Source: a virus. Taken from it: DNA of 64,000 nt. How positions within the stretch are numbered: position 1 is the first letter of the stretch; every line of letters starts with the position of its first letter. Where the stretch lies: the IMG/VR virus record IMGVR_UViG_3300044731_001604, positions 93,573-157,572 of that record; one strand, written 5' to 3'. Positions 39,979-49,643 of the stretch are shown here, in pieces. A model generated the notes under the pieces. That model made no database searches and had not been told where the DNA came from. It worked only from the letters and a program-made list of their open reading frames with translations. Made by a program: the position numbers and the translations under genes.

Positions 39979-41501
39979 TTATTCTCCTGATCTTTATTAT
40001 TAAGCAATGTTAAATTAACACTTTTTTCTGCTAATCTTTTAGCATTTTCTTTTAAAGCTATTGATTCTTTTTCCATCATTTCTTGAATATTACTTATAAG
40101 TAATTCTAAAGATTTAACTTCGGTTTTAGACATTTCTCTTTCTTTTTGTGTAGTTTCTTCTTTTACTATATGTAGAGAAGATTGCTTAGAGTTTCTCTTT
40201 TTCTCTATATCTTCTAACATTTTTTTATGAAATTCTAATGCTTCAGATACATTTTCGTTTTCTGTGGAAATTCCTTCATCAAGAGGTTTGCCATTTAGTT
40301 TGTTAGTAACATTTTGTATTCTTTTGCGTTCATTTTCTATCCAAAGATGTTTATTCGCAACTTCGGCTTTTATTAGAACTGGAAGTTTTTCTGTCAAAAT
40401 ATCATTTATAATAGATTCTGCATTTTCCCACAAAATAAACTTATTGCCAAAGAAGAATGAATCTGGACCAGGGAACCTTCTGGTATAACCAGACACTTGT
40501 CTTAATCCACTTGAGTCTAATTGCCAGAAGTTTTCTCCATCATATACCTGCATTGGTATCCAATCGTCTTTTTTGTCATAATTTGCAGTTCTTTCTTCAT
40601 TTTTGAACAATGGGGAATATTCGATGTTAAATGTTTTTTGATATTCATTTTTAATGAATTCTTTAATTTTATCTATTTTTTCGTTTACTGTCATAGATGA
40701 TACTGTGGTTTCAAGTTGTTCAATTCTGTTTTTAGATTGTACATCTTTATTTTTTGGAGATGTTGCAATTAATCTTTTAAGTACTTCTAGCTGTTTTTTA
40801 CTGACACCGTTTCCAGATTTTAGTTGAGATATACACGTATCGACCATACTTTTATGGAATTGTGACGGTTCTATTTCTTCTAATTCTGTTAATAATTTTG
40901 TATTTTCTGTTTCTTTTTCTGGCGCTTCTAATGTAGTTTTTGTGTCTAATATTGGAATTGTTTTTGTAGATGTCTTTTTTAAACCCTTTTCAATATAAGA
41001 AAGTCTTTCTAGTAGGATTGCATCCCTTTGTGCCGAAATGTCTAAAATAGAGTTTAAATTTAATGCGTTTATAACACTATCATTAATTGTCATTACATAC
41101 ATTACTCGTTTTATTACATCGTGTCCTTGTTCTAATATTGGAAAAACACCTTTTGTAATAGACATGAATGTATATCCCCAGTTAGGACCATCAAACACAA
41201 CTTTTTTCTTAAATTTCTTTTTTACATTTTTATCGTTAAAGAAAATGTCCATTGCAAGTTTTTTAGAGAAAAAGAAAGTAAATTTTTTTTGGGTAAGTGC
41301 TGCATTAAGTAGACTGGCAGTCAGGATAGAGTTTACCGAAGTACTTTTATATCCTCCCTTAAGGACTTCTACCATCATTTCATTTAATTCTTTGTTTTTA
41401 GGCAAATGAGTAGTAATATCGGTAAGTTTGCCAATTGATTCATTCCCTTTTTTATTAACTTTTTCTATTAACTTTGATAAATCATTGAGATCATTTTTCA
41501 T
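39975..41501 (-). CDS. Hypothetical protein adjacent to the candidate origin
   Basis: 508 aa, Lys-rich, first gene of the leftward unit, with its own promoter. Confidence 0.6.
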   Translation of the reverse strand: MKNDLNDLSKLIEKVNKKGNESIGKLTDITTHLPKNKELNEMMVEVLKGGYKSTSVNSILTASLLNAALTQKKFTFFFSKKLAMDIFFNDKNVKKKFKKKVVFDGPNWGYTFMSITKGVFPILEQGHDVIKRVMYVMTINDSVINALNLNSILDISAQRDAILLERLSYIEKGLKKTSTKTIPILDTKTTLEAPEKETENTKLLTELEEIEPSQFHKSMVDTCISQLKSGNGVSKKQLEVLKRLIATSPKNKDVQSKNRIEQLETTVSSMTVNEKIDKIKEFIKNEYQKTFNIEYSPLFKNEERTANYDKKDDWIPMQVYDGENFWQLDSSGLRQVSGYTRRFPGPDSFFFGNKFILWENAESIINDILTEKLPVLIKAEVANKHLWIENERKRIQNVTNKLNGKPLDEGISTENENVSEALEFHKKMLEDIEKKRNSKQSSLHIVKEETTQKEREMSKTEVKSLELLISNIQEMMEKESIALKENAKRLAEKSVNLTLLNNKDQENK

Positions 41502-41521
41502 TTTAGCTCCGATATACTAGA

Positions 41522-41550
41522 ATTATACCACATTATAAATAAATTTGCAA
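41522..41550 (-). promoter_or_regulatory. Sigma70-type promoter (leftward)
   Basis: TTGCAA-17 nt-TATAAT with TGTGG extension. Confidence 0.75.
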
Positions 41551-41570
41551 ATATTTAGAAAATTTTGAGC

Positions 41571-41743
41571 AACTTTTCAAAAGTTTTCAGAAGTTTTTAA
41601 AACTTTTCAGAACTTTTTTAGGTTCAAAACTGATTATTATTTAATAAAACTATGCATTTATAAAGGAATTTTAAAATAAAAACTCGGTATTGATATTGGT
41701 TTTGATATTGATAATGATAATGATATTGATAATGTATTGTATT
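41571..41743. repeat. Five phased 10-bp repeats plus a 6-bp repeat tract in the divergent intergenic region
   Basis: aacttttcaa/aagttttcag/aagtttttaa/aacttttcag/aactttttta (41571-41620); tgatat/tgataa repeats (about 41688-41743). Confidence 0.75.
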
Positions 41744-41854
41744 AGAATTTTTATTATAATATTATTTTTTTAAAACAGCCAAATCCTCAAATAAATTCAA
41801 CAGCTCGTTCCGCCGCCGCCAGTTTTTGTAGTATATATCTTAGCAGGAGGTGTT

Positions 41855-43636
41855 ATGTCTTTATTTCAAGCATCAAAACCAAAATCGGCAGGAAAAGTTA
41901 CGGTTCCATCCTCAAATCAATTATCTGAGGTAGTGTGTAAAACTCTTAATCATATGGCACAAATGGCAGGAGCAACTCTTGGTCCCGGCGGTAAACAAGT
42001 TTTGATTGAACGCGGTGAAATTGGCATGAAACCAATCTTAACAAAAGATGGTGTGTCTGTTATTAAATCCCTAGGGTATGATGGCGCGACTCAGCAATTA
42101 ATCCTTGAGGCTGCTAGAGATGCTGCAATCAGAACTGCTACAGAGGCAGGAGATGGTACGACTACTGCTACTGTACTTTCTGCTGCAATTACAAATGCTA
42201 CTGCCCATGTTGTTGCTAATAACCCAAAAGTGTCCCCACAAAAAATAGTACGCGAATTACAAAAAATCGTCCCTGTGCTGATCAAGATGATTAGCGATCT
42301 TAAGATTGACGTTACTGGAGAGAATTACCAAGAAGTTCTGTTAAAAGTTGCCACTTTGTCGGCTAATGGTGATACTGAGTTATCTTCAAAAGTACTTGAA
42401 GGTTTAGATTTAGTTGGAGATGAAGGCGACCTCACAATAGTTGAAGGTACTGGAGAGAGCAGATACTCTATCAATAGAATTAACGGTTACACAGTAGATA
42501 GAGGTCTTGAGGAATCTTGCAGAAATCTAGCTCAGGGTTTTATTAATGACAAATCTGGAACAATGGTAGTACTGGATAATCCGATCTTTATCCTCTATGA
42601 TGGTGTTATTAATGATTTTGGTCAAATTTTTGATGGACTTAGTAAATTAAATGCTACTTTGGAAGCTTCTGGTCGTCCAGATAGAAATGTAGTAGTAGTT
42701 GCTCATGGATTCGGCGAAATGGTATTAGGAGACCTTCACCATAACTGGAATCACCCGAAAGCTCCTCTTAAAGTTTACCCAATGCTAACTCCTGAAAAAG
42801 CAATTGCTAATTGGAGAACACAATTTCTTTATGATTTACAGGCATACACAGGTGCAACTGTGTTCAATCCAGTTGATAGACCTGTAATAGATATTATACC
42901 AGAATCAGTTATTGAATCTAATAGAGCAACTCGCGTAGAAATATCTAGATTCAAATCAATGGTTTTTGCAAAAGAAGATGTTGATGCTGTAAGCATTCGC
43001 GTTGATGAGCTTAAATTTCAAAAAAATGCTCCAGAAAGCGAATATGAGCTTAATGACTTAAATGTTAGAATCGGTAAGTTAACATCTGGAATTGTTAGAC
43101 TTGAAATATTTGGCCCTAGCTCTGGCGAAACTAGAGAGAAACGTGATAGAGCTGAAGATGCTTGGATGGCATTAAAAGGCGCTACTAAATATGGAGCAGT
43201 TCCTGGTGGAGGGTATGTACTTGTAAGACTGGCTGCTGCATTACAATTACAAGTAGATAAAATTCCACCGTCTGCTAAAAAATATGCTTATCAAATTCTT
43301 GCAGAAGCTTTATTAGAGCCAGTTAAATTATTATATAAAAATTATGGTTTTAATGATGAAGAAACTACTGAGCAAATATTTAAAATGTTAAATAATGACG
43401 ATCAAGCATACGACATTTTAGAAGAAATGTGGGTTCCAAAAGAACAATTATTAGATAGCGTTCCTGCTGTTAGCGAAGCGATCAGAAATAGTATTTCAAT
43501 TGCTTCATTGCTCGGTACGTTAGGTGGCATAGTTGCATTTAAACGCGATTATGATTCTGATAAAGAAGAAGAAAGACTTATTCGCAATTTTGAAGCCTCT
43601 ATTGGCGAACGTGGTTCTTTAGCTCAAGGAGAATAA
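41855..43636 (+). CDS. groEL: GroEL/Cpn60-like chaperonin
   Basis: TLGPGG, TKDGVSV, AGDGTTTATVL, SANGD, EKRDRAEDA, GAVPGGG; no GGM tail. Confidence 0.92.
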   Translation: MSLFQASKPKSAGKVTVPSSNQLSEVVCKTLNHMAQMAGATLGPGGKQVLIERGEIGMKPILTKDGVSVIKSLGYDGATQQLILEAARDAAIRTATEAGDGTTTATVLSAAITNATAHVVANNPKVSPQKIVRELQKIVPVLIKMISDLKIDVTGENYQEVLLKVATLSANGDTELSSKVLEGLDLVGDEGDLTIVEGTGESRYSINRINGYTVDRGLEESCRNLAQGFINDKSGTMVVLDNPIFILYDGVINDFGQIFDGLSKLNATLEASGRPDRNVVVVAHGFGEMVLGDLHHNWNHPKAPLKVYPMLTPEKAIANWRTQFLYDLQAYTGATVFNPVDRPVIDIIPESVIESNRATRVEISRFKSMVFAKEDVDAVSIRVDELKFQKNAPESEYELNDLNVRIGKLTSGIVRLEIFGPSSGETREKRDRAEDAWMALKGATKYGAVPGGGYVLVRLAAALQLQVDKIPPSAKKYAYQILAEALLEPVKLLYKNYGFNDEETTEQIFKMLNNDDQAYDILEEMWVPKEQLLDSVPAVSEAIRNSISIASLLGTLGGIVAFKRDYDSDKEEERLIRNFEASIGERGSLAQGE

Positions 43637-43637
43637 A

Positions 43638-43913
43638 ATGCCTTGGTTTACTTACAAATGCAAAGAACATGGAGAGTTCAAGGCATCACTATCTAAAAGA
43701 GAGCAGACTCAAAAATGTCCAGAATGTGATAACACTTGTTATTCTGTGATAAAGTCTGCTTCTATATCTATAGTTGAAAGATTAGATAATGGGGCAATGG
43801 CAAGAACAGTTGAAAGATTACACAACATTGAAGATATTATGAACGAAAGAGCTGATAAACATAGTGCAGAGAATAGTAGCCCAATAGAGGAGTTGGAAAA
43901 TGAGCAAAATTGA
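43638..43913 (+). CDS. FmdB-like zinc-ribbon protein
   Basis: MPWFTYKCKEHG...CPEC. Confidence 0.7.
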   Translation: MPWFTYKCKEHGEFKASLSKREQTQKCPECDNTCYSVIKSASISIVERLDNGAMARTVERLHNIEDIMNERADKHSAENSSPIEELENEQN

Positions 43914-44925
43914 TGTTGGTTTTGGCATACCGCTTTATATGCAACCATATTGGGATGAATCCGGAGAATATTTTCCTCACGCACTAGATAGCGTATTTAT
44001 CAATGAAGAGCTTAGCTATACTCATGGAGACATTGACGTATCTTTAGAGAATATAATTAGAATAACACACGAAATGGTCGGTAATGCTGTCACAGAAGGT
44101 TCTACTATAGTGGTAGGAAATGGCGCATCTCAAGTAATTTCTTCCGTAGGGTACGCTTCTAAAGCTTTGGGATATGATGATTTCAGCTTAAACGCACCGT
44201 TCTGGGGTAGATTAGAGTTTCTATTGACAGTTGGCCAAAAGGCGTATGATTTTACAAATGCTAAACCAAGAAAAACTCCTAAAAAACCAATATTTGATTT
44301 TGTAACTAGACCAAATAATCCGGATTCAAGTATGAGAGGGGCGGATGAATCCTTCTCGGTTGTTGACATGTGCTATAATTGGCCTCAGTACGTCCCTCAA
44401 GTAGAAAAAGGCGATTATGATGTTATGATTTTTAGCCTAGCGAAGGCTACAGGACATGCTGGAACAAGAATTGGCTGGGCAGTTGTAAAAGATCCAGAAG
44501 TTGCAGCAATAATGAAAGATTATATGGAGCTATCAACATGTGGAGTGTCGGTAGATTCTCAAAGAAAAGCTGATGGAGTCTTCACAAGAATCCTGTCTTT
44601 ATCAAGATTCTTTAAATCTCCGTTTGATTACGCAAAAGAAGAGCTATCATTAAGATGGGAAGTATTTAAAAATGGCGTAAAAGACAATACTGACTTTAAA
44701 CTACTAAATCAACATGGTATGTTTGCATTTTGTGAATTGTCATCTAATGATGAGCCTGTTGGTTTTATGGACAACAAATATGACTTAATAGTTACCCCAG
44801 GAAGAAATCTAGGATTGACAAGCGATTCAAATTGCTTTAGAATAAATCTTGGATGTTCTGAAGAGAACTTTACCAAAATGATGGGGTCTTTACGTGCAAA
44901 TAAACCTAGTATCACTGGAAATTGA
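43900..44925 (+). CDS. PLP-dependent enzyme of the alliinase/TAA1 (tryptophan aminotransferase) family
   Basis: [71 protein letters not shown]. Confidence 0.85.
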   Translation: [341 protein letters not shown]

Positions 44926-46603
44926 AGGATTTAGAAGTTTTAGGCAATATACAAAGATTGATTTTCCTAAAAACGATTCCTTAGTACTTATTTCAGGTAA
45001 ATGGAAGGATACTGATGTTTCTTCCGGATCTGGAAAGTCTTCTATATTAGAAGCCATTGCATTCTGTCTTGATATTTCAACAGCAAGTGCTACCTCATTA
45101 AAAAATTGGGATTCTAAAAAGATGCTAGTCAAACTCACCTTGTCAAAAGGTGATGATATTATACAAATAACTAGAGATCCAAAGCTTTCTATATCTGTCA
45201 ATGGTGTTCCTTATGAAGGACTTGTAAAAGGCTCTAAGGAAAGATTGCAAGAACTATTAGGTGTTAATCCAGATATGCTTAAAACAATGACGTATAGAAA
45301 ACAACGAGTTGCAGGAAAAATAATAAGATCAACAGATTCACAAATAAAAGAGTTTTTAACCCAAACCCTTGGTTTAGATGAAATAGAAAATTTTATAGAA
45401 GAAAATTCAAAGCTGATTAATACTACCTCTAGATCTTTAGATATCATAAGAGCAAATTATGAGTCTGCAACAAAAAATTTATCAAGCAGCAATATATCAG
45501 ATGAAGAAATTCAATCATTGAAAAACGGCGTTATTGAAGCCGAAAGTACTTTTGAAAAATATAAAGATGACACTGCTAACAAAAATTTAACTACGGAAAT
45601 CAATAATTTAACAATTGAATATAAGAAAAGTATTGAAATAAAAAACAATGTTGAAAAAGCAAAATATTCTAATGATAATATTAAAAAAACAATTATTAAT
45701 TTAATAAATGAAATAGAACACCTTTCAAAATCATCTTGCCCAACATGCCTTAGAGATTGGCAAGAATCCAAGCAATTGTTAGATATTAAAACAAAAGAAA
45801 AAGATGCTTTAATTTTAAAATTTCAAGATAATTTATCATATATCAAAGATTCAGAATCTGTAATTTCTAATTATTCCAAATTGGAATATAAAATAAATGA
45901 GTTAAATAAACAACTTGCGATGATATCAGCTCCAAAAAACATGGCGTACCAATCATTACTCAATGCTAAGTCAGCTTTATCTATGGGAATGTCAAAAAGA
46001 AACTCATATATAGAACTAACAAATAGAGTTTCAGAATTATTTAACGAAGGCAGAATCAAGCAGCAAGAGTTAGAAGTGTTAGAATCAACTAACAAGCTTC
46101 TTGGCAGAACTGGATTTTTAGGCAATATTTTTGATGAAATTTTAGCCGACATTCAAATAAGAACAAATGATATGCTTTCAAATTTTCCAAATGCAAGTCA
46201 ATTTACGGTACAAATAAGCTCTACCAAAGAAGTTAAATCAAAGGGCACCACAAAAAAAGAAATATCTATTACCATAAATAACAATGGTAACGAAATCGGA
46301 ATAGATGACTTGTCAGGTGGTCAACAATCTGCTATAGAACTCTGCTCTGATTTAGCAGCCGCTGAGGTTATAAGAGCAAGATCTGGGTGCGGTTTAGGTT
46401 GGATATGCCTAGACGAAGTTATGGACGGCTTAGGCGCTGTTGAAAAAGAGGCTGCTGTAAATATGATAAGACAGCGAGTTAAGGGCCTAGTATTAATGAT
46501 TGAGCATTCAACTGAGATTAAAGAATCGTTTAATGAAGTAATAGAAATAGAGTTTTCCGGCAAAGAAAGCCGTTTAACTATAACAAATAATGTGGTATAT
46601 TAG
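44894..46603 (+). CDS. SbcC/Rad50/gp46-like ABC ATPase
   Basis: GSGKSS Walker A, CPTC zinc hook, LSGGQ signature, LDEVMDGL, IEH. Confidence 0.9.
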   Translation: MQINLVSLEIEGFRSFRQYTKIDFPKNDSLVLISGKWKDTDVSSGSGKSSILEAIAFCLDISTASATSLKNWDSKKMLVKLTLSKGDDIIQITRDPKLSISVNGVPYEGLVKGSKERLQELLGVNPDMLKTMTYRKQRVAGKIIRSTDSQIKEFLTQTLGLDEIENFIEENSKLINTTSRSLDIIRANYESATKNLSSSNISDEEIQSLKNGVIEAESTFEKYKDDTANKNLTTEINNLTIEYKKSIEIKNNVEKAKYSNDNIKKTIINLINEIEHLSKSSCPTCLRDWQESKQLLDIKTKEKDALILKFQDNLSYIKDSESVISNYSKLEYKINELNKQLAMISAPKNMAYQSLLNAKSALSMGMSKRNSYIELTNRVSELFNEGRIKQQELEVLESTNKLLGRTGFLGNIFDEILADIQIRTNDMLSNFPNASQFTVQISSTKEVKSKGTTKKEISITINNNGNEIGIDDLSGGQQSAIELCSDLAAAEVIRARSGCGLGWICLDEVMDGLGAVEKEAAVNMIRQRVKGLVLMIEHSTEIKESFNEVIEIEFSGKESRLTITNNVVY

Positions 46604-46606
46604 GTT

Positions 46607-47038
46607 ATGCAAAATAATAATATTGAATTCAAAGACTATATCCCAGAAGACGAAATGAGAAACTATTTCTCAATTATCGAAAAAGATAAAGATGTCTCCG
46701 TATGCCTTTTAGCAAGTGCAGATGGGGCTGGTTCTTCTGTTTATATCGAAACTACAGCAGATAATGAATATATTGAAGGTGTGATTAAAGTGTTCTTAAA
46801 TGCAACAGATATAAGACGATACGGCAAAACGGTTGCAATAGATGAGCATGTTGAAAACGATAGAGTTAGAAAATGGGAAATGCCGTACAGTTCATTCCTA
46901 TCATACATTAAAGAAATCAATGAAAAGCGTATTGCTAAAAACCAAAAAGGTATTAAAGCAGTAGCAACTATAATCTTAAATAATAAATTAGTTGACATAG
47001 ATGTAATTTATACACCAGAAAAAAATTTTAGTAACTAA
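46607..47038 (+). CDS. Hypothetical protein
   Basis: 143 aa; TGTGGTATAT motif immediately upstream. Confidence 0.55.
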   Translation: MQNNNIEFKDYIPEDEMRNYFSIIEKDKDVSVCLLASADGAGSSVYIETTADNEYIEGVIKVFLNATDIRRYGKTVAIDEHVENDRVRKWEMPYSSFLSYIKEINEKRIAKNQKGIKAVATIILNNKLVDIDVIYTPEKNFSN

Positions 47039-47049
47039 AAGGAGGACTT

Positions 47050-47232
47050 TTGGAAGAATTAAAAATTTTAAGAAGCCAATTTCAAGAACAACTAGATGAA
47101 ACAGTTAAAAGTATTCAAAATTTAAATCAAAAATTGCAATCCGAAGGGGAAAAAGTCAACCAACTTAGAGGCGCTTTGTACGCATTGGATGTATTAGCTT
47201 CAAAACTTGAACAAGAAAAGAAAGAAGGTTAA
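47050..47232 (+). CDS. Small coiled-coil protein
   Basis: TTG start with SD AGGAGG. Confidence 0.6.
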   Translation: MEELKILRSQFQEQLDETVKSIQNLNQKLQSEGEKVNQLRGALYALDVLASKLEQEKKEG

Positions 47233-47234
47233 TT

Positions 47235-47531
47235 ATGGCTAAAAAAGCAAAAAAGGGCCCAAAAGATTTATACGATAAGGTTAAGGATATTGATCCATAT
47301 TTTGCGGAAGAAGCATATTCTGCAACAGACGAAAAATTAAATGAAAAAATGGCTGGTTTTAGCAAAACATTAACTGAGATTGAAGAAGCTAGAGATATGG
47401 ACGAATCTCTTAAACAATTAAGAGAACAATTAAAAGTTGCTGGTCAAACATATTCAGAGCCAATTAAGGGCATTAAACTTAAGCGCAAATTGGTATACAA
47501 GATTCTTAAAGAGAGAGGCAAAGTACCTTGA
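47235..47531 (+). CDS. Hypothetical coiled-coil protein
   Basis: 98 aa. Confidence 0.6.
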   Translation: MAKKAKKGPKDLYDKVKDIDPYFAEEAYSATDEKLNEKMAGFSKTLTEIEEARDMDESLKQLREQLKVAGQTYSEPIKGIKLKRKLVYKILKERGKVP

Positions 47532-48121
47532 AAATTTTAGGGTTAGATATGGCAACAAAAACTGGGTTTGCTATCATAGAAGATGGCAAACTCACGCACT
47601 ATGGCCTTCTCAAAGAAGAGAAGGTCAATTTGCCAGATTTGGCTGAAGACTTCTCATTCCTTAAAAGAGCTATTGGGGCTACGAAACAAATATCTGATCT
47701 GATAAAAGAACACAAACCTGATAAAATTTTTATAGAACAAACAAATACTGGCAAATTCAGACAAAGCCAAAAACAACTAGAGATGCTACATTGTTGTTTT
47801 TTGCAAGAAATATTAAAGCTTGGCGAACATTATCCAAAAAACGTATTCTATGTAGATACCAGCAAATGGAGATCTGTATTAAAAATACGCCTATCTAAAG
47901 AACAAAGAGAACACAATAAAAAGGTTAAAAATAGAGTAGCTAAAGGCAAAATCACAAGCAAGCACTTAGCGGTCCTGTGGGTAAATCAAACTTATGGACT
48001 ATCGCTTAAACAAAAAGATCACGATATCTGCGATGCAATATGCCTATCTTCATTTGGGTTATTAAAATCAAAAGAAGTAAAAAAAGATATAGATTTTGAA
48101 GAAATCCTCAAAATCAATTAA
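47528..48121 (+). CDS. RuvC-like Holliday junction resolvase
   Basis: ILGLDMATKTGFA, IFIEQ, DHDICDAI. Confidence 0.8.
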   Translation: MKILGLDMATKTGFAIIEDGKLTHYGLLKEEKVNLPDLAEDFSFLKRAIGATKQISDLIKEHKPDKIFIEQTNTGKFRQSQKQLEMLHCCFLQEILKLGEHYPKNVFYVDTSKWRSVLKIRLSKEQREHNKKVKNRVAKGKITSKHLAVLWVNQTYGLSLKQKDHDICDAICLSSFGLLKSKEVKKDIDFEEILKIN

Positions 48122-48141
48122 AAAATATAGTATATATCAGT

Positions 48142-48972
48142 ATGAATAATTATAACAACTATAACAATAATTTTCTTGATAATGACAGTCAATACACTTC
48201 TTCTTCAAATGAAGTGTTTGAAGAAATTTATGAAGAATACGAAGAAGAAGTTGCAGAAGCAGAGGCCCAAGCGGTTGTCTTATCAGAAGCTTTAAAAAGA
48301 ATTCAACAAGCAAAGCTGTACGAAGCCTTATTAAATCATCAATTATTTTCACCAGGCTCTGCAAGTCCAGAAATTATCAAAATTGTATCTAAAGAATTCA
48401 AGGACTTCATCCTGTCTAGACTTGAGAACCTTCTTGGTATTAAATCTGATAAAACTCAAATTTCATCACAACAAGTATTTAATGATCAAGAAATTAATGC
48501 TTTAAAAGCAATTTCTAAAAGATTGATTGAAAAAGATAGCTTGCAACAGGTACAAACACAGCAAGTTCAGACAGCTCAGACTCAAACATCTGCTCAAGCA
48601 ATTTTAACTAATCAAGTTCCAGTAATTACACCAGTGCAGGCACAACCGGAAGCTATTTCCGAAGTTCAACAAACTGAACCTAAAAGAGTTATTAAGCGTG
48701 TGGTTAAGAAAGTTTCTAAACAACCACAACAAGAGTATGTAGAATCTGAAAAAACTAGAACACCAAGAGCTAAAACTCAAAATATTGGCGCAGTATCTGG
48801 ACAAGATCTTGGACAAGTATCTTCTCCAGAAAGACCACCAATGAAAATGCCGTCAGCATCTGAAATGGATGCAATAAATGCTAGACAGGCAGATTTCAAT
48901 TCGTCTAGGTCAAGTGCTACTAATTTAGCTGGATCAAATTTAACAAGTTTAGTATCAAAATTAACAAAATAA
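48142..48972 (+). CDS. Hypothetical protein with a Q-rich linker
   Basis: 276 aa. Confidence 0.6.
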   Translation: MNNYNNYNNNFLDNDSQYTSSSNEVFEEIYEEYEEEVAEAEAQAVVLSEALKRIQQAKLYEALLNHQLFSPGSASPEIIKIVSKEFKDFILSRLENLLGIKSDKTQISSQQVFNDQEINALKAISKRLIEKDSLQQVQTQQVQTAQTQTSAQAILTNQVPVITPVQAQPEAISEVQQTEPKRVIKRVVKKVSKQPQQEYVESEKTRTPRAKTQNIGAVSGQDLGQVSSPERPPMKMPSASEMDAINARQADFNSSRSSATNLAGSNLTSLVSKLTK

Positions 48973-48984
48973 CAAGGAGACCCT

Positions 48985-49626
48985 ATGAGTACATTACAAA
49001 AATTAGAAGATGCGTTCGCGAAAATTAACGAATTACAAACAAAAATTACTCAACTTGAGCAAGAAAATGGACAAACAAAACAAGCTACTCAAAATATTAT
49101 TAATGCAATTAACTCTATCGTAGAAGGAGTTAACGGTAAAAATAGAGAATTATCTGAGATGGGAAATGCAACCATTAACAGATTAATGGGATTAGAGCAA
49201 GCTCATGCTGCTATCTCAAAAACAATTTCTGCTGTAGTGTCAGAATTGTCTGATTCTGGAAATTTAGATCAAAATTCAGTTATGACAAGACTTAGAAAAT
49301 CTGACGAGGCTGCTGATAAATCTAGAATTGATCAAATGTTGCAATTAGGAGTTATCGCTGAATCAAATACAGTTAATTCTGACTCTTTAATCACTGTTAG
49401 CCAAACTTTTACACCAGAAGGAAAAGAAGCTACAGTTATTGCTGAATACAGATCTTATGAACTATCTAGCGAATTATTAGACGAAGCTGCAAGAGAGAAA
49501 TATGTTGGTAAAAACGTTGGCGATGTAGTAGAAATTGATGTAGATGGCGGTAAGTTATCAACTACAATTATTGGTTCATATAGCCTTGTAAATCAAGAAA
49601 AAACAAGCGAAACAGTAGGCGCCTAA
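48985..49626 (+). CDS. Coiled-coil protein with a possible trigger-factor/FKBP-like C-terminal domain
   Basis: C-terminal DSLITVSQTFTPEGKE...YELSSELLDEAAREKYVGKNVGDVVEIDV. Confidence 0.45.
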   Translation: MSTLQKLEDAFAKINELQTKITQLEQENGQTKQATQNIINAINSIVEGVNGKNRELSEMGNATINRLMGLEQAHAAISKTISAVVSELSDSGNLDQNSVMTRLRKSDEAADKSRIDQMLQLGVIAESNTVNSDSLITVSQTFTPEGKEATVIAEYRSYELSSELLDEAAREKYVGKNVGDVVEIDVDGGKLSTTIIGSYSLVNQEKTSETVGA

Positions 49627-49643
49627 TTAGATCGGAGGTTCCT

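Noticed and set aside
41571-41743. Possible CRISPR array
   Set aside because: The repeats are 6-10 bp and contiguous, with no unique spacers and no cas genes.
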